Source: Candidatus Delongbacteria bacterium (GTDB lineage: Bacteria > CAIWAD01). From it: a stretch of 64,000 nt of DNA. The translations under genes and the position numbers were made by a program. This document shows, piece after piece, positions 10,691-22,075 of this stretch; the first letter of the stretch is position 1; the number at the start of each line of letters is the position of its first letter. Location of the stretch: assembly GCA_963663545.1 (NCBI GenBank), contig OY760505.1, positions 3,657,867-3,721,866 of the forward strand, given 5' to 3'. Below the pieces are notes generated by a model. It was not told where the DNA came from and made no database searches. It saw nothing but the letters and a program-made list of their open reading frames with translations.

Positions 10691-13600
10691 TGAGAAAGCT
10701 ATTCATTTTGTTCCTGTATCTTTGGAGCACTCAGATCGCGGCCCAAACCATAGAAACGCAATGGTTGCTTCACGGCGATAGTCGTCGTATCTGCCCGGTG
10801 GAGCGTTATGACGCAACAGCAGAGAAGGTATTGTACCAGATCGACGGCAACACGCATTCTACTGCTGTCCAGGCAAATAGAAACTGGGTGCGTTATAGTC
10901 GCTTCGGCCCCCGGACATCGAGGCTAATCATTGCCTTACAGGAAGGCCCCGCATTGTATGCATCTCCGGAAGAAGACAAACCGGGCATAAGTACCCGCGC
11001 TAGGAGAAAATTTCCTGCGCACTGATATTAGCCACACCAACTCGCACGGCGAGAAATACATCCTTGTGGTCACTTTTCCCGAGACAGTTGAAAAAATCTT
11101 TACCAAGTCGGTAAGCGGTGATCTCCAAGCTCTGTGCCTAAACATTAGCATTCCGGACAATTATATCGAGCGCATCCTCATCGAGCCGCAAGGGCATTCC
11201 ACTGCGGTCAAACTGACCTGGTACGGGCAAATGAGCCGGGAAGCATTCCAGATATTGAGCACCCTTAATAGAAGCTCAAAATGGCGGGAAACTATGCGAC
11301 AGCTCCGCGAGGAAGTCGATGCTCGCTACCGCGAGCGCAAACCCACAGCCGGTTGGATGAAAGCAAGCTCGCTCATTCGCGGCAGAATGCACGAAGACCG
11401 TCACCTGGAAGGAGAAATTCGCTTTCTCGGTCGTCCCTACCTGCCGCTGGAAGTCGATCGCGTGTGGTTGGGAGAGCCCGCGGCGCATCGTCTCCCTATC
11501 ATCGGCAGTTCCCGATGATAAGGAGTTAAAGGACATTAAAAAAACTTACTACGCCGATAAAACCATCAAGCAATTGCGCGAGGCAGCGGAAAGTTGCGGT
11601 TCCCGAGAAGCTGAAAGCCAGGGTGGTTTATACTGAAGATCACAAACTGCAACTATTGGGCAGCCTGAGCGACGCTGAATGGGATCTCCTCAAACAGGCA
11701 GGCGAGGGAAAGCGCCACTGGCAAAAGGCGCTAGACGAATTGCAGCTCATCGCCGTGAAACAAAAGACCATCCAGGGCAAGGCGATACTGCGTCAGCCCT
11801 TTGGTAAAACTGTAGTCAAGGTGAATATTTATTCCGCCCCAACGGTCACGGCCAATGTACACACGAAGTTGAATGTGTTGCGCCATTTATATCTCTATTC
11901 CCGCGTTCGCAATAAGGAGGGGAACTGGTATCTGTTGGGAGAAAAGGATATCCTGGACGCATGGGCTGCATCTCGCGACCTCATGGGCTGGGTAAAGGAA
12001 GAAAATCTCATCCTCTGGCCTACGGCCCAATGTCTCGAGTTTAGCTGCTGGACTCGCCTGCTGCGCCCGGCTGGAGCCATCTATCCGAACGAGCAAAGCC
12101 TCCTGGAAGCGGCCCGAGGAGGGACAGCGGAAATTTTGTGCGAGGAGTTCGATTTTCCCTATAGTCGGGCCATTGTTCGTTTCCCGATCCTCGAGAAAAA
12201 GAGTACTTTGCTCGACGGCAGGAAGATCACTTACTATCGGGTAGCCTGCATTGCCCACAACATGAAATTGGCGCTGGACTACCAGCAGAAGATCGAAGAA
12301 CTCATAAGCAAGAGGAAAAAGCTGGCAACCATCGAGGTAGTGTTTGTGGTGGACGGCACGGCTAATACCCGTCACTATGCCCCCAAAATCGCCGCTCTCA
12401 TCGGCGAAATCTATAAAGAGGTTGATGATGCCCGCGACAAGGTGTTCCGCGGAGCGCCCCAACTCATCAAAAACGATATGCTGCGGCATATGGGAATGCG
12501 CGATCTGACTCCTGAATTGCGCACTGCCATTCTCGTCTATCGCGATCAACAATCGACACGCAAGATAAACGATATGCGCTACAGCACAGAGTGCAACTTT
12601 TGGGATTTTACCAACAGCAAAGAAGCTTTCTGGCAAAATTTTGACCAGATTGTATTCAGCCAGGGCACTGGCGACCAGGCATCGCAGCGCAAGGCTATGC
12701 GCGCCCTTCTGGAGGGAAAATTCACGGCCAGTGATTCGGGGGTGGTCAATCCCGTCCGTTCGATAAAACCGTCGTGGACGCGTGGTAGCCCTACGCCTGG
12801 TGGTACTGCTCGGCGATGTCGGACAGCAAACGACCATGGACGCGAATTGGACTGCCAAAAATTTTATCGAGGGTTGGAAAAATTTGCCCGAGGCCGAAAA
12901 ATTTTCCTTCTTCGCCGTGCAACACGGTCGTATTGACCAGACCGCAGGGCATCGCCGCTTCAAAGCCTTTTGTCTGGAAGTCAAGGATGCCCTCTACGAA
13001 GAAGCTAAACGCAACCAGGCCCAGGAGGGCAAAAGTTTTTTGCCCAGTACGCGATGATGGCGGGAGAGGGTGAAAACGATCCCAAGCGACGTTTTTATAA
13101 GCTATGGCAGGAAATATTGGCAACTATCCATCAGCAGGACAAACTGTTGGAACAACTGGCAACCACAGGTTTTCAGCAGGAAGTGAACAAGTATCGTGCT
13201 GTTATGACACGGATATATCTTGCCATCGCTCATCGCGAGAAAGTTCCTTTCGAACCCGAGATTCGCTCCAGCTTGAGTTCGTACCTGGGTTTTGATCGCG
13301 GCCAGCAAACCATCTACCTTAAGGCTGGCGGCGACAAAAATCACACCCGAGGTCTGGCAAGAAATCGAAAACCGGTATTCCGACCAGGAATGGCAGGAAG
13401 CCGTGCGCCGCCTGAAACGCAAAAGCCAGGAGCACCGCATCGAGCTGAATAAACCGACGGCCTTGTACACCGAGGGATATGTCCTGGAAAAAAGCCTGTT
13501 ATCAGGAGGGAATGAAGGGGTTTAACGTTGACCTGATCGCCTTCTCGCTGTTCCTGTCCAGGACGGATTTCGGCAAATTGGCGCAGATAACCAAAAGTTT

Positions 13601-14045
13601 TGCGGCAACCTGGGATGAGAGAGAAAAAGCCCGGCAGCAAGGGCGTACACTAGTCAGGGAGCAAATTATCAAGATTTTAAAGCGACATTTGCAAGCATCC
13701 GGCGTCAGCACCGACTGCTGGTTCGAGCAGGGAAACATCGTCTTTCCCAAGGGATTTTGGACCATGACCCCGGACGAAGTGTATAATTTCCCCAATATCC
13801 AAGGGCTTTGTCTAAATGCAAAGAGACAGTACCCAAAAATGATCGACTATTGTGAGGAGCGAACGCGAGAATACGTTCCCGAAGGTTGGCAAGGCGAGAA
13901 GCCCTATTGGAATACCACCTGGGTGCAAGGCGGGGAGTCCCACTCTTTCGTACCGATCAAGGTCTTTGATATTCCCCTGCCGCGTGGGACTAGTAATACC
14001 AACGTTGCCCCTATACCACGTTTACCACAGCTTAAACCACGTTGA
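10690..14045 (+). CDS. Large secreted vWA-domain protein resembling the periplasmic part of PpkA/SrfABC-associated proteins; several frameshifts
   Basis: Signal peptide MRKLFILFLYLWSTQIAAQ; WYLLG...GWVKEENLILW...LEF...RFPIL; vWA strands EVVFVVDGT, AILVYRD, LVVLLGDVG, FFAVQ spread over consecutive ORFs. Confidence 0.55.
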
Positions 14046-14070
14046 CCACGGGAAAAAGAAGGAGAAAAAA

Positions 14071-16647
14071 ATGAACGCACGCAAAACCATTTTCCAAATT
14101 TGCGGACTCACCCATCACTACCCACGCGAAGAGCGACCGGCCCTGGCCGATTTTTCCCTGCGCGTGAGTGAAGGCGAGCGGGTGGCTATCCTGGGAATTT
14201 CCGGAAGCGGCAAAACCACTGTTCTCAATATTGTCGGCCTTTTGGAAGACATCCACAGCGGCAGTGTAGTTTATTGCGATGCCGAGGGGCGCGCCTGGGA
14301 GTACCATCATGCGAATGGCAAAAACAACGCCGAATCGGCGCAGATTTTGCCGACATCGCGACGCCGGGACATCCGCCGCCAAGATTTCGCCTTTGTCATG
14401 CAGGACGCCCATTTATGGCATTATCTCTCCGGCCTGGAAAACAGCATCGAATCGCTGATCCTTTCCGGATATGCGCCGACTGTCGCACGAAAGACAGCGG
14501 CAGCAGAGCTTCTTCCTCTATTTATGTTCGGCGGCAATGGCGACTCCGATCCCGGGGACAAAAGGAGCGACGTCGAGTGTCTGATGCGCAAAACCTCGGC
14601 ACGCCTATCCGGTGGTCAACGAACGCGAATGGCAATTGGTCGGGCGCTGGTGCGGCGACCGCGTGTGCTTTTTCTCGACGAGCCCAATGCCTCCTCAGAT
14701 CCGATTACCGCCAGCAACAACAATCGCTGCATCCGCGCCTGCCTGGACCAGAGCGCGACTACGGTATTTCTCGTCTCGCATCGCTATGAAGATGCCCTGG
14801 AATTGGGTTGCCAGCGCTTTCTCTTTCTTGAAGGCGGCAAAATCAAACCAGTGCTGGTAAATGGTCAAAAACAAAACGAATTGCCACGTTTTGACGGCAT
14901 TAGCCTCTCGGATCTAGAAAGCGCCCGCGACGGGCAAAACATCGAAATTGCGAAAGACAAGTTGATTCCATCCCCGCAAATACCGGAAAGCATCCGCCCC
15001 GCCCCTAAACGAAAAATTTTCGCTGCTACCGGCCTGCTGTGCTGGCACCTGCACGCGGTGCTAAAAGACATTTTTTCCCCGCGTTCGCGCCTCTTTGTAC
15101 TGGTGATCGGCGTGGTTTCATTTTTTGCGGCGCTCTCTTATTGTTTTACCAGCGGACTTGCCGGCGCCACGGTCACACAGCTTAAGAGCGCCATCGAAAA
15201 CGAACCGGATTTTCGCAATATCACGGTCATGCGCCGCCCGCTGGCCGGATCGCCGGATATTTCCCATGAAGAAAGAAGAAAACTGGGGCAGATTGCCGGG
15301 GTAGAGGGGGTCTACAGCATGGACGCGCCCGGGCTTCTCATTCACTGGGACGGCCAAAATCCCCTCTCTGGGCTCAGTGGTCGCTGCCTGGAGCCGAACG
15401 ACGCGGAGGCAAAGCGGTTCAGCCTGTACTATTCTGTCCCGAAAACCGGCGATGCACGCTTTTGTTGCGGCATTGTCCTGTGCCAGCGCGCTTTTTCGCA
15501 GGCGCAGCAGGCCGGGGCAATTCGCGTTGACGATCGGGGGAATCAGACCTTGATGGTGTACAAGACCCGAGAAAACGAAAAACGCCAGAAACTAATCGAC
15601 GAGCAACTAGAACTCCCCATTATCGGCGTCCACAGTGACAAGGATCTCCCCTACGCCGATTTCCTTCTCCCTTGGGAATTCGGCCTGGCTTACGGGGGAC
15701 GGCTCGGCGCACCCTGGCATAGATCATGGGGATTGTTGTTTGCCCGTCCTGATGGCCGTGCTCTCCGCCCTTCCCATCGTCGCGTAACTCTTCTGAAATT
15801 TCACTGTCTTGGGTTGCCAGCAAAGCAGAAAGTGCAGGTGCAGACGGCCGCAGCGAATGTCGCCCGCGCCTTTGCTCTCGGCAAAGTGAAAGTTTTCTGG
15901 AATGCGGGGATGGCGGCTTTTATCATCGATATGGATATACCTCCCGGTCGCGATGTTTGGGAAGAAGCAATAAAAAAAATTTTACACTTTTTACATCAGA
16001 CTTTACCCAACGGGGCTCTTGTCGAACCCAAATGTATCATGCAGAATATGGAACTCAAGCCTTTTCCTAAAAAGAAATTGGCGACATTCGAACCTGGTCG
16101 CCTCAGCGTATACGTCAAAACCCTGGAAGACCTGTGGCCGGTCATGCAGAAAATCGCTAGCGGCTCTCTGTACCCGAAATCGCGTCATTTACGCTCCCTG
16201 GCCATTCTGAAAAGCATCGGCGACATTCTCTCGACGCTGTTGTGGGTCACTCTGGGGCTGTTCTCGTTCTTCGGCGTCGTGGCCATCGGTTCCTCGTCCA
16301 TCGCTCTCGTAGAGCGAAATCGCGGCGAAATCGGCATCAGCCTGGGATTCGGCTCCAGTCCGGCGCGGATTTTGAGCCATTACCTGGCCGTAGGTTTTCT
16401 CACCACTATGTTTTTCGGTATTCTTGCGGTCCTCACCGCCACGCTTTTGAAAAATACGGTGATTGTTCCGATTATCAAAAAAATAAGTGAAGATCTAGGA
16501 ATCCCCTTTTTCTTTTACATGGGAACATACGATTATCTCCTGGCCGTATTCGTTCCGATCGCAGTCACCATTGTCGCTATAGCCATCCCTACGATCTGGA
16601 ACATGCTCCTTTCTCCGGCTACCTTGTTGCGATCCAGAGTGTCGTAA
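14071..16647 (+). CDS. Fused ABC ATPase plus FtsX/MacB-type permease (TagT/TagS-like)
   Basis: RBS GGAG then ATG at 14071; GISGSGKT, LSGGQ, VLFLDEP, H-loop VSH; TM-periplasmic-TM layout with ERNRGEIGI. Confidence 0.8.
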   Translation: MNARKTIFQICGLTHHYPREERPALADFSLRVSEGERVAILGISGSGKTTVLNIVGLLEDIHSGSVVYCDAEGRAWEYHHANGKNNAESAQILPTSRRRDIRRQDFAFVMQDAHLWHYLSGLENSIESLILSGYAPTVARKTAAAELLPLFMFGGNGDSDPGDKRSDVECLMRKTSARLSGGQRTRMAIGRALVRRPRVLFLDEPNASSDPITASNNNRCIRACLDQSATTVFLVSHRYEDALELGCQRFLFLEGGKIKPVLVNGQKQNELPRFDGISLSDLESARDGQNIEIAKDKLIPSPQIPESIRPAPKRKIFAATGLLCWHLHAVLKDIFSPRSRLFVLVIGVVSFFAALSYCFTSGLAGATVTQLKSAIENEPDFRNITVMRRPLAGSPDISHEERRKLGQIAGVEGVYSMDAPGLLIHWDGQNPLSGLSGRCLEPNDAEAKRFSLYYSVPKTGDARFCCGIVLCQRAFSQAQQAGAIRVDDRGNQTLMVYKTRENEKRQKLIDEQLELPIIGVHSDKDLPYADFLLPWEFGLAYGGRLGAPWHRSWGLLFARPDGRALRPSHRRVTLLKFHCLGLPAKQKVQVQTAAANVARAFALGKVKVFWNAGMAAFIIDMDIPPGRDVWEEAIKKILHFLHQTLPNGALVEPKCIMQNMELKPFPKKKLATFEPGRLSVYVKTLEDLWPVMQKIASGSLYPKSRHLRSLAILKSIGDILSTLLWVTLGLFSFFGVVAIGSSSIALVERNRGEIGISLGFGSSPARILSHYLAVGFLTTMFFGILAVLTATLLKNTVIVPIIKKISEDLGIPFFFYMGTYDYLLAVFVPIAVTIVAIAIPTIWNMLLSPATLLRSRVS

Positions 16648-16727
16648 CGTACCGGCATGGTGCCAGTACGATAAAATCGGCGGTCCCAAGGGCCGCCTTA
16701 CATTCATTTTACAGAAAGGTAATTATT

Positions 16728-16883
16728 ATGAGATCCATCGCAATATTTATGTTATCACTATTGTTTTTGGGGTTCGCTTCCGAGGCGATAGCGCAAGAGA
16801 CAGCTTTGGCTCTGGATGCAAATACGCTCGATAGCAGAAACTCTCGATCCATCGTTGCTGGCTTAGATGGCGGGAATTCTTGA
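16728..16883 (+). pseudogene. Signal-peptide-only remnant of the tail-collar gene family
   Basis: MRSIAIFMLSLLFLGFASEAIAQETALALDA aligns with the start of the 24515 gene, then stops. Confidence 0.6.
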
Positions 16884-16932
16884 TCCATAGGCTAATTTTG
16901 ATTTTATGTTTTACCGTAAGAAAGGAAAAAAA

Positions 16933-17808
16933 ATGAAAGTACGGGCAATATTCATTGTATTGTTTTTATTGTTAGCTGCCAACATGATCGCACCCCAGAG
17001 TGCATTGACAGTAGACAATACCATCCAAAATGTGAGAGCTGAAATTCAAAAATTGGCAAGCGAAATTCAAAAATTGCACGCACAAGTCACGGCACAAAAA
17101 AAAGTCGTGGTGGACGCTAGCGGCAATATTCCGCCTCAAAACATAGAATTGATCTTACAGTGTCACCAGTTGCAAATGCTGCAACTGCAAAAACAGTTAC
17201 TCGAACAGAAGGTGACCATTATCGAGCAAGCTAGAAATGCGAGAAATACCCCTCCTATCGGCACGATAATTCTGGTGGCAACCGATAAAATCCCAGCAGG
17301 ATATCTGCTATGTGATGGCAGAACTGTCGCCATAGAAAAATATCAGAAACTGTTCAAAGTTATTGGTACCACATGGGGAAAAGCTAATAATAGTATGATG
17401 TTTAAAATCCCGGATTTGCGTGGACAATTTATTCGTATTCTCGATCAAGGAAAAGGACTTGATCCTGGCCGTAAGTTAGGACAATTTCAAGATGGCGCCA
17501 CGGCCATGCCCAAGAATCATTTTGTTACTGAAAACTCCGGTGAACATTCTCATTCCATGAGCCCTTCCGGACACCATTCGCATGGAACACATGCGTATCT
17601 CGGACCTGGTGGACCAATGGCTGCCGATCGTGGAACTGGAGCATTTGGGCATGGTCGGTGCGTTAATGGCTGGCACAGTGGCACTCATGGTGTCGGAGAC
17701 CACACTCACACCGTACAAAAGAACGGTACTCACAGGCATACGATTACCGGCGGCGATAAAGAAACCCGGCCTGTTAGTCAAGCATTAATAGCTTGCATTA
17801 AATATTGA
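16933..17808 (+). CDS. Secreted phage tail-collar-domain protein (signal peptide, coiled coil, collar, HxH repeats)
   Basis: PIGTII...PAGYLLCDG...YQKLFKVIGTTWG...PDLRGQFIR; HSH/HTH motifs; ETRP...CIKY end. Confidence 0.85.
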   Translation: MKVRAIFIVLFLLLAANMIAPQSALTVDNTIQNVRAEIQKLASEIQKLHAQVTAQKKVVVDASGNIPPQNIELILQCHQLQMLQLQKQLLEQKVTIIEQARNARNTPPIGTIILVATDKIPAGYLLCDGRTVAIEKYQKLFKVIGTTWGKANNSMMFKIPDLRGQFIRILDQGKGLDPGRKLGQFQDGATAMPKNHFVTENSGEHSHSMSPSGHHSHGTHAYLGPGGPMAADRGTGAFGHGRCVNGWHSGTHGVGDHTHTVQKNGTHRHTITGGDKETRPVSQALIACIKY

Positions 17809-18002
17809 TGCGGGATTTTACAAATGAATGAAAGCTAACATGACAACAAAAGAGACTATTATCAATCAAATCCCAGATACGGAACCTATGTTGCAATTGA
17901 TTTTAGATATGGTCGAGGCATAAATATAGTATATTTATGGTATAGGAATTTTCTTTTTTTTCGACTGAAATTGCAGACGTTTAGAAATTTTCCCTAATGA
18001 CA

Positions 18003-18082
18003 TCGTGCTCGTGCTCGTGCTCGTAATCGTCATCGGAATTTTATGAATCGATTACTATTACGAATTACGAGCACGCGCACGA
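18003..18082. repeat. Hairpin built from 6-nt units (TCGTGC/TCGTAA ... TTACGA/GCACGA)
   Basis: Inverted short-period repeats; similar hairpins at 55599-55683, 55733-55811, 57091-57190 and 58830-58908. Confidence 0.6.
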
Positions 18083-18180
18083 AAAAAATCCGTCGCGAAG
18101 CGGCGCTAACTTGAAAACTCACCTTTACTCACAGGAATACGATTACCGGCGGCGATAAAGAAACCCGGCCTGTTAGTCAA

Positions 18181-18252
18181 GAAGCAATGGTGCCAGGCAT
18201 CGGAGCAATGGTGCCAGGCATCGGAGCAATGGTGCCAGGCATCGGAGCAATG
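18181..18252 (+). repeat. 21-bp REP-like tandem array, 3 units
   Basis: (GCAATGGTGCCAGGCATCGGA)n with palindromic core GGTGCCAGGCATC. Confidence 0.9.
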
Positions 18253-19256
18253 TCCCCTACGCCGATTTCCTTCTCCCTTGGGAATTCGGCCTGGCTTACG
18301 GGGGACGGCTCGGCGCACCCTGGCATAGATCATGGGGATTGTTGTTTGCCCGTCCTGATGGCCGTGCTCTCCGCCCTTCCCATCGTCGCGTAACTCTTCT
18401 GAAATTTCACTGTCTTGGGTTGCCAGCAAAGCAGAAAGTGCAGGTGCAGACGGCCGCAGCGAATGTCGCCCGCGCCTTTGCTCTCGGCAAAGTGAAAGTT
18501 TTCTGGAATGCGGGGATGGCGGCTTTTATCATCGATATGGATATACCTCCCGGTCGCGATGTTTGGGAAGAAGCAATAAAAAAAATTTTACACTTTTTAC
18601 ATCAGACTTTACCCAACGGGGCTCTTGTCGAACCCAAATGTATCATGCAGAATATGGAACTCAAGCCTTTTCCTAAAAAGAAATTGGCGACATTCGAACC
18701 TGGTCGCCTCAGCGTATACGTCAAAACCCTGGAAGACCTGTGGCCGGTCATGCAGAAAATCGCTAGCGGCTCTCTGTACCCGAAATCGCGTCATTTACGC
18801 TCCCTGGCCATTCTGAAAAGCATCGGCAACATTCTCTCGACGCTGTTGTGGGTGACTCTGGGGCTGTTCTCGTTCTTCGGCGTCGTGGCCATCGGTTCCT
18901 CGTCCATCGCTCTCGTAGAGCGAAATCGCGGCGAAATCGGCATCAGCCTGGCCCTTGGCACCAGCCCGAGACAGATCTTGACTCATTACCTGGCGGTGGG
19001 GATTTTCATCACACTGTTATTCGGTCTTCTAGCTCTGGTGGCTGCCAATTTGCTGGAAAGCGCGCTGATTGTCCCGATTATTCGCAAGATCAGCGAGGAT
19101 CTGGGCATCCCTTTTTCTTTTGGCCTGGGGTTACCTGATTATCTCATCGCGATTTTGGTTCCCACAGGGGTAACCATGATCTCGATCGCGGTCCCCACGG
19201 CCTGGAACATGCTCCGTTTTTCGCCCGCCGCGCTGCTGCGGTACAGGGCATCGTAG
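18253..19256 (+). pseudogene. 5'-truncated duplicate of the ABC permease with an alternative C-terminal TM region
   Basis: 18253-18951 copies 15647-16345 (699 bp, two substitutions noticed), then about 100 codons of diverged paralogous sequence. Confidence 0.85.
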
Positions 19257-19293
19257 TTTTATATATTTTTATCGACCGACAGAAAGGAAAAAA

Positions 19294-20169
19294 ATGAAAG
19301 CTATCGCAATATCGCTGTTATCATTTTTGTTGTTGGCTTGCGGAATGGCAGCCCAGTCCACGCCGGCAGCGACCATCCAAAATCTGAAAGCGGAAATCCA
19401 AAAATTAGACCTGGAGATCCAGACATTGGTAGCCCGCGTGGCGGCCCAAAAAGTCACCGAGGGGCAGTCCGTGGCTGGCAATATCCAGCCCCACTCTATT
19501 GAATTGACCTTGCAGTGTCAGCAATTGGAAATGCTGCGAATGCGCAAAGGGATGCTCACCCATGAAATAGAACTGTGGCGTCTGCGGGAGCAACTAGAAG
19601 AAGTGAAAAAACAATCTCCTCCGATTGGTACGGTGATTATGATCGCTGCCGATAGAATACCAAAAGGATATCTGCTATGTGATGGGCGTGCTGTAAGCCG
19701 CGAACGTTATAAAGCGCTCTTTGAAGTTATCGGAACTACCTGGGGCGCAGGTGACCACAGCACTACATTCAATTTACCGGAAATGCGCGGAGAGTTTGTA
19801 CGTTTTCTGGATAAGGGACGTCAAGTCGATCCTGGCAGGATCTTGGGACAATGGCAAAATTGGACGACCGCTATGCCAAAGAATAGGTTTAAGACTACGA
19901 CAGATGGACAGCATACGCATGGGATGACCGCGGCAGGCGCGCATCGACACGACGTTGTTGGGTATTATGCTTGGGATTCAACCCCTGCTAGCATTGGCAG
20001 CTGTGTAGCCGTAACACTGGATCGGCAAAATCATGGTGGACTTATAAGAGGTGTGGGAAATCATACCCACACTATCGAGGACAACGGCCAGCATACCCAT
20101 CAGATTAATGGGGGCGATAATGAAACCCGCCCCAGAAATCAGGCATTGGTCGGTTGTATAAAGTATTGA
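19294..20169 (+). CDS. Secreted tail-collar-domain protein, paralog 2
   Basis: Signal peptide; PIGTVI...PKGYLLCDG...FNLPEMRGEFVR; HTH repeats; ETRPRNQALVGCIKY. Confidence 0.85.
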   Translation: MKAIAISLLSFLLLACGMAAQSTPAATIQNLKAEIQKLDLEIQTLVARVAAQKVTEGQSVAGNIQPHSIELTLQCQQLEMLRMRKGMLTHEIELWRLREQLEEVKKQSPPIGTVIMIAADRIPKGYLLCDGRAVSRERYKALFEVIGTTWGAGDHSTTFNLPEMRGEFVRFLDKGRQVDPGRILGQWQNWTTAMPKNRFKTTTDGQHTHGMTAAGAHRHDVVGYYAWDSTPASIGSCVAVTLDRQNHGGLIRGVGNHTHTIEDNGQHTHQINGGDNETRPRNQALVGCIKY

Positions 20170-20388
20170 TACGGGTGTAAAAAATCGATTTCTTTTTGCC
20201 GTAGATGCGGCAGAGAACAGGATGCAGGATTATCATAGAGCCAGTAACTGGGAGGTCGTCTGCTGGGTACTACCTGCATCCGTGTCACGTCCCTGAGTGA
20301 CTAACAATCAGCGATGTCCAACATCACCTGTTACAGCATAACAATAATTAGAAAATCTCCTACATTTAATTTTGCGGGAAGGAAAACC

Positions 20389-20454
20389 ATGAAAACAATC
20401 GTAATATTCATTCTGGCATCATTTTTCTTGTTCGCTCTGGAAATAACTCTGTAA
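20389..20454 (+). pseudogene. Signal-peptide remnant of the tail-collar family, with its upstream region
   Basis: About 20343-20445 closely matches 24470-24570 (upstream region, RBS, MKTIxIFILA). Confidence 0.65.
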
Positions 20455-20464
20455 CCGTCCGACT

Positions 20465-20671
20465 CTAGTTTAGTTCTGGTCCATGGCGAATAACTACTGT
20501 AGTGATCGTTTTGCTCGGTACCTCATAAAATCTGGCAACATTTTCCCGGGTTGCCCATCCGGTTCCCGGCAGCATAACCAGGCTGCCAATGCGTTCTAAA
20601 ATGCCCAGGTTTTCTTCTACGCACAAAATATTGCGCAGGGAATAACTTTCCATAATTACCGCTTGGTTCAT
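20465..20671 (-). pseudogene. N-terminal fragment of an antirepressor-like gene, paralog of 23255
   Basis: MNQAVIMESYSLR...NVARFYEVP vs MNELALVESYSLR...NVAAFYMVP. Confidence 0.7.
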
Positions 20672-20712
20672 AAGCGACTCCTAAATTTAAGCGTAACCTT
20701 TTTAATTGCAAA

Positions 20713-20751
20713 ATGTTAGCAAAAACTTCATTATGAAGTTTTTGCTAACAT
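20713..20751. promoter_or_regulatory. Perfect 39-bp palindrome (19-bp arms, 1-nt centre) with a second half-site at 20841-20859
   Basis: ATGTTAGCAAAAACTTCAT-T-ATGAAGTTTTTGCTAACAT. Confidence 0.6.
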
Positions 20752-20928
20752 AGCTTGCAATAATAAGTTAAACATTTTTTGTCTGATTAGAAAATGATTT
20801 CAGCAAAGGCTTATTTCCTTTATTGATAATTTACCAATAGGTTAGCAAAAACTTCATTAGTGTAGCCAAAGTTTGCCAGTCCGTGATTGTTAATTGCAAT
20901 TACGAATATTCGCAATTACGGTTAATAG

Positions 20929-20980
20929 ATTATACGAACAATAATTATGATTTGTCAAGCTGAAAGTTCTGTGCTATGCT
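20929..20980. promoter_or_regulatory. Back-to-back divergent sigma70-type promoters
   Basis: Minus TTGACA-18-TATAAT (20958-20929); plus TTGTCA-17-TATGCT (20952-20980). Confidence 0.6.
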
Positions 20981-21001
20981 ATAGGTAATGGGAGGTATGG
21001 A

Positions 21002-21448
21002 TTGAATAAGCTCGTATTTGCTATGGATATAGGAGAGAATAATTTGTTGGGACCGGAGCAGCATTACAAAAGAGAATTAATGAGAGCGTGTACGCTTTCT
21101 GTTGAAGAGACGAGTCAAATTATTGGAGTATCGGCCACCGCTATCAAACAGTTATTTACGAAAAACAAAAGTGATTTTACCATAAAGTTCTTGTCATTGG
21201 CGGATTTGGACATCGAAAAATTGAAGAATGGCAGCTATGCTCGAGAAAAAATCGGTGTCGTCATTGAGCCACGCGGGTCGCAAACTGTGGCTTATCGGCT
21301 TTTCTTTCATGCTATTCAGAAACTGATCGAAAAAGTTTTTTCGCGTTATTCCCAGGCGGATTTGGGGAAATATGTCGCATTAGAGTCGGAGAAGATAGAG
21401 TTGCGCAAAAAGCTGTTGCTGGAGTTATTGGAGGGATATAGGAAATAG
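21002..21448 (+). CDS. Hypothetical protein with a probable HTH
   Basis: LSVEETSQIIGVSATAIKQL; GGAGG upstream. Confidence 0.55.
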   Translation: MNKLVFAMDIGENNLLGPEQHYKRELMRACTLSVEETSQIIGVSATAIKQLFTKNKSDFTIKFLSLADLDIEKLKNGSYAREKIGVVIEPRGSQTVAYRLFFHAIQKLIEKVFSRYSQADLGKYVALESEKIELRKKLLLELLEGYRK

Positions 21449-21703
21449 TCATGAAGACCCAACCGTCACGAGCGGAGATCACCGCCGCAAAAAGTTCGAC
21501 AGCGAAGCCGAACCAAGAGCGAATTGCACCGCCACGAGCGAAAATCATCCTGGTCACTCCCGGCCGGCAAGCGTTGCAAGCGGCGGTCGGAAAAACGGCG
21601 GCATTGGCCTGGAAACAATCGTACGGAGCCGGGCACCTTTGCAAAATCAGGGAATTATCGGCGAAACGGAGAAAAACACTACGCGGAACAGCAGTCCAAT
21701 TTT

Positions 21704-21875
21704 AGCAATGGTGCCAGGCATCGAAGCAATGGTGCCAGGCATCGAAGCAATGGTGCCAGGCATCGAAGCAATGGTGCCAGGCATCGAAGCAATGGTGCCA
21801 GGCATCGAAGCAATGGTGCCAGGCATCGAAGCAATGGTGCCAGGCATCGAAGCAATGGTGCCAGGCATCGAAGCA
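21704..21875 (+). repeat. 21-bp REP-like tandem array, 8 identical units
   Basis: (ATGGTGCCAGGCATCGAAGCA) x8, downstream of RAYT 1. Confidence 0.95.
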
Positions 21876-22075
21876 AAAAAAAGCTTACAATGATGTCAGA
21901 TATGGCAACAAAAAGGTTAGTATTCGGATAAAATACGGATTGGATTTGCAGAAATTTGGGTAGGAGTCCAGCAGAAGACTAAAAATGGCATTAAAATACA
22001 AAAAATGGCGAAATGTAGACAGAGTATGGTTGTAGTAGAGAAAAGCAAACAGTAGCAGATAAAAGCAAAAGCTTA

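Noticed and set aside
11887..12984. Long antisense ORFs (also 27062-27958, 56067-57029, 59890-60729)
   Set aside because: They shadow better-supported genes on the opposite strand and show no motifs.
4312..14045. Programmed frameshifting or mass pseudogenisation
   Set aside because: Single-base shifts affect unrelated genes throughout the window, and the two I could resolve (RAYT 1, about 9346) are homopolymer A additions; sequencing error is the simpler explanation until reads are checked.
18126..18181. Copy of the collar-gene 3' end (17727-17782) as a DGR template repeat
   Set aside because: Only 56 bp with a single difference (A vs C), and there is no reverse transcriptase in the window; better read as a junction fragment.
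21704..21875. 21-bp arrays as CRISPR arrays
   Set aside because: Units are head-to-tail with no regular unique spacers, and no cas1/cas2 or other cas operon is present.
21524..21931. ORFs made of MVPGIEA / NGARHRS / MPGTIAS repeats (also near 18187, 31602, 46161)
   Set aside because: They are translations of stop-free DNA repeats in several frames, not supported proteins.
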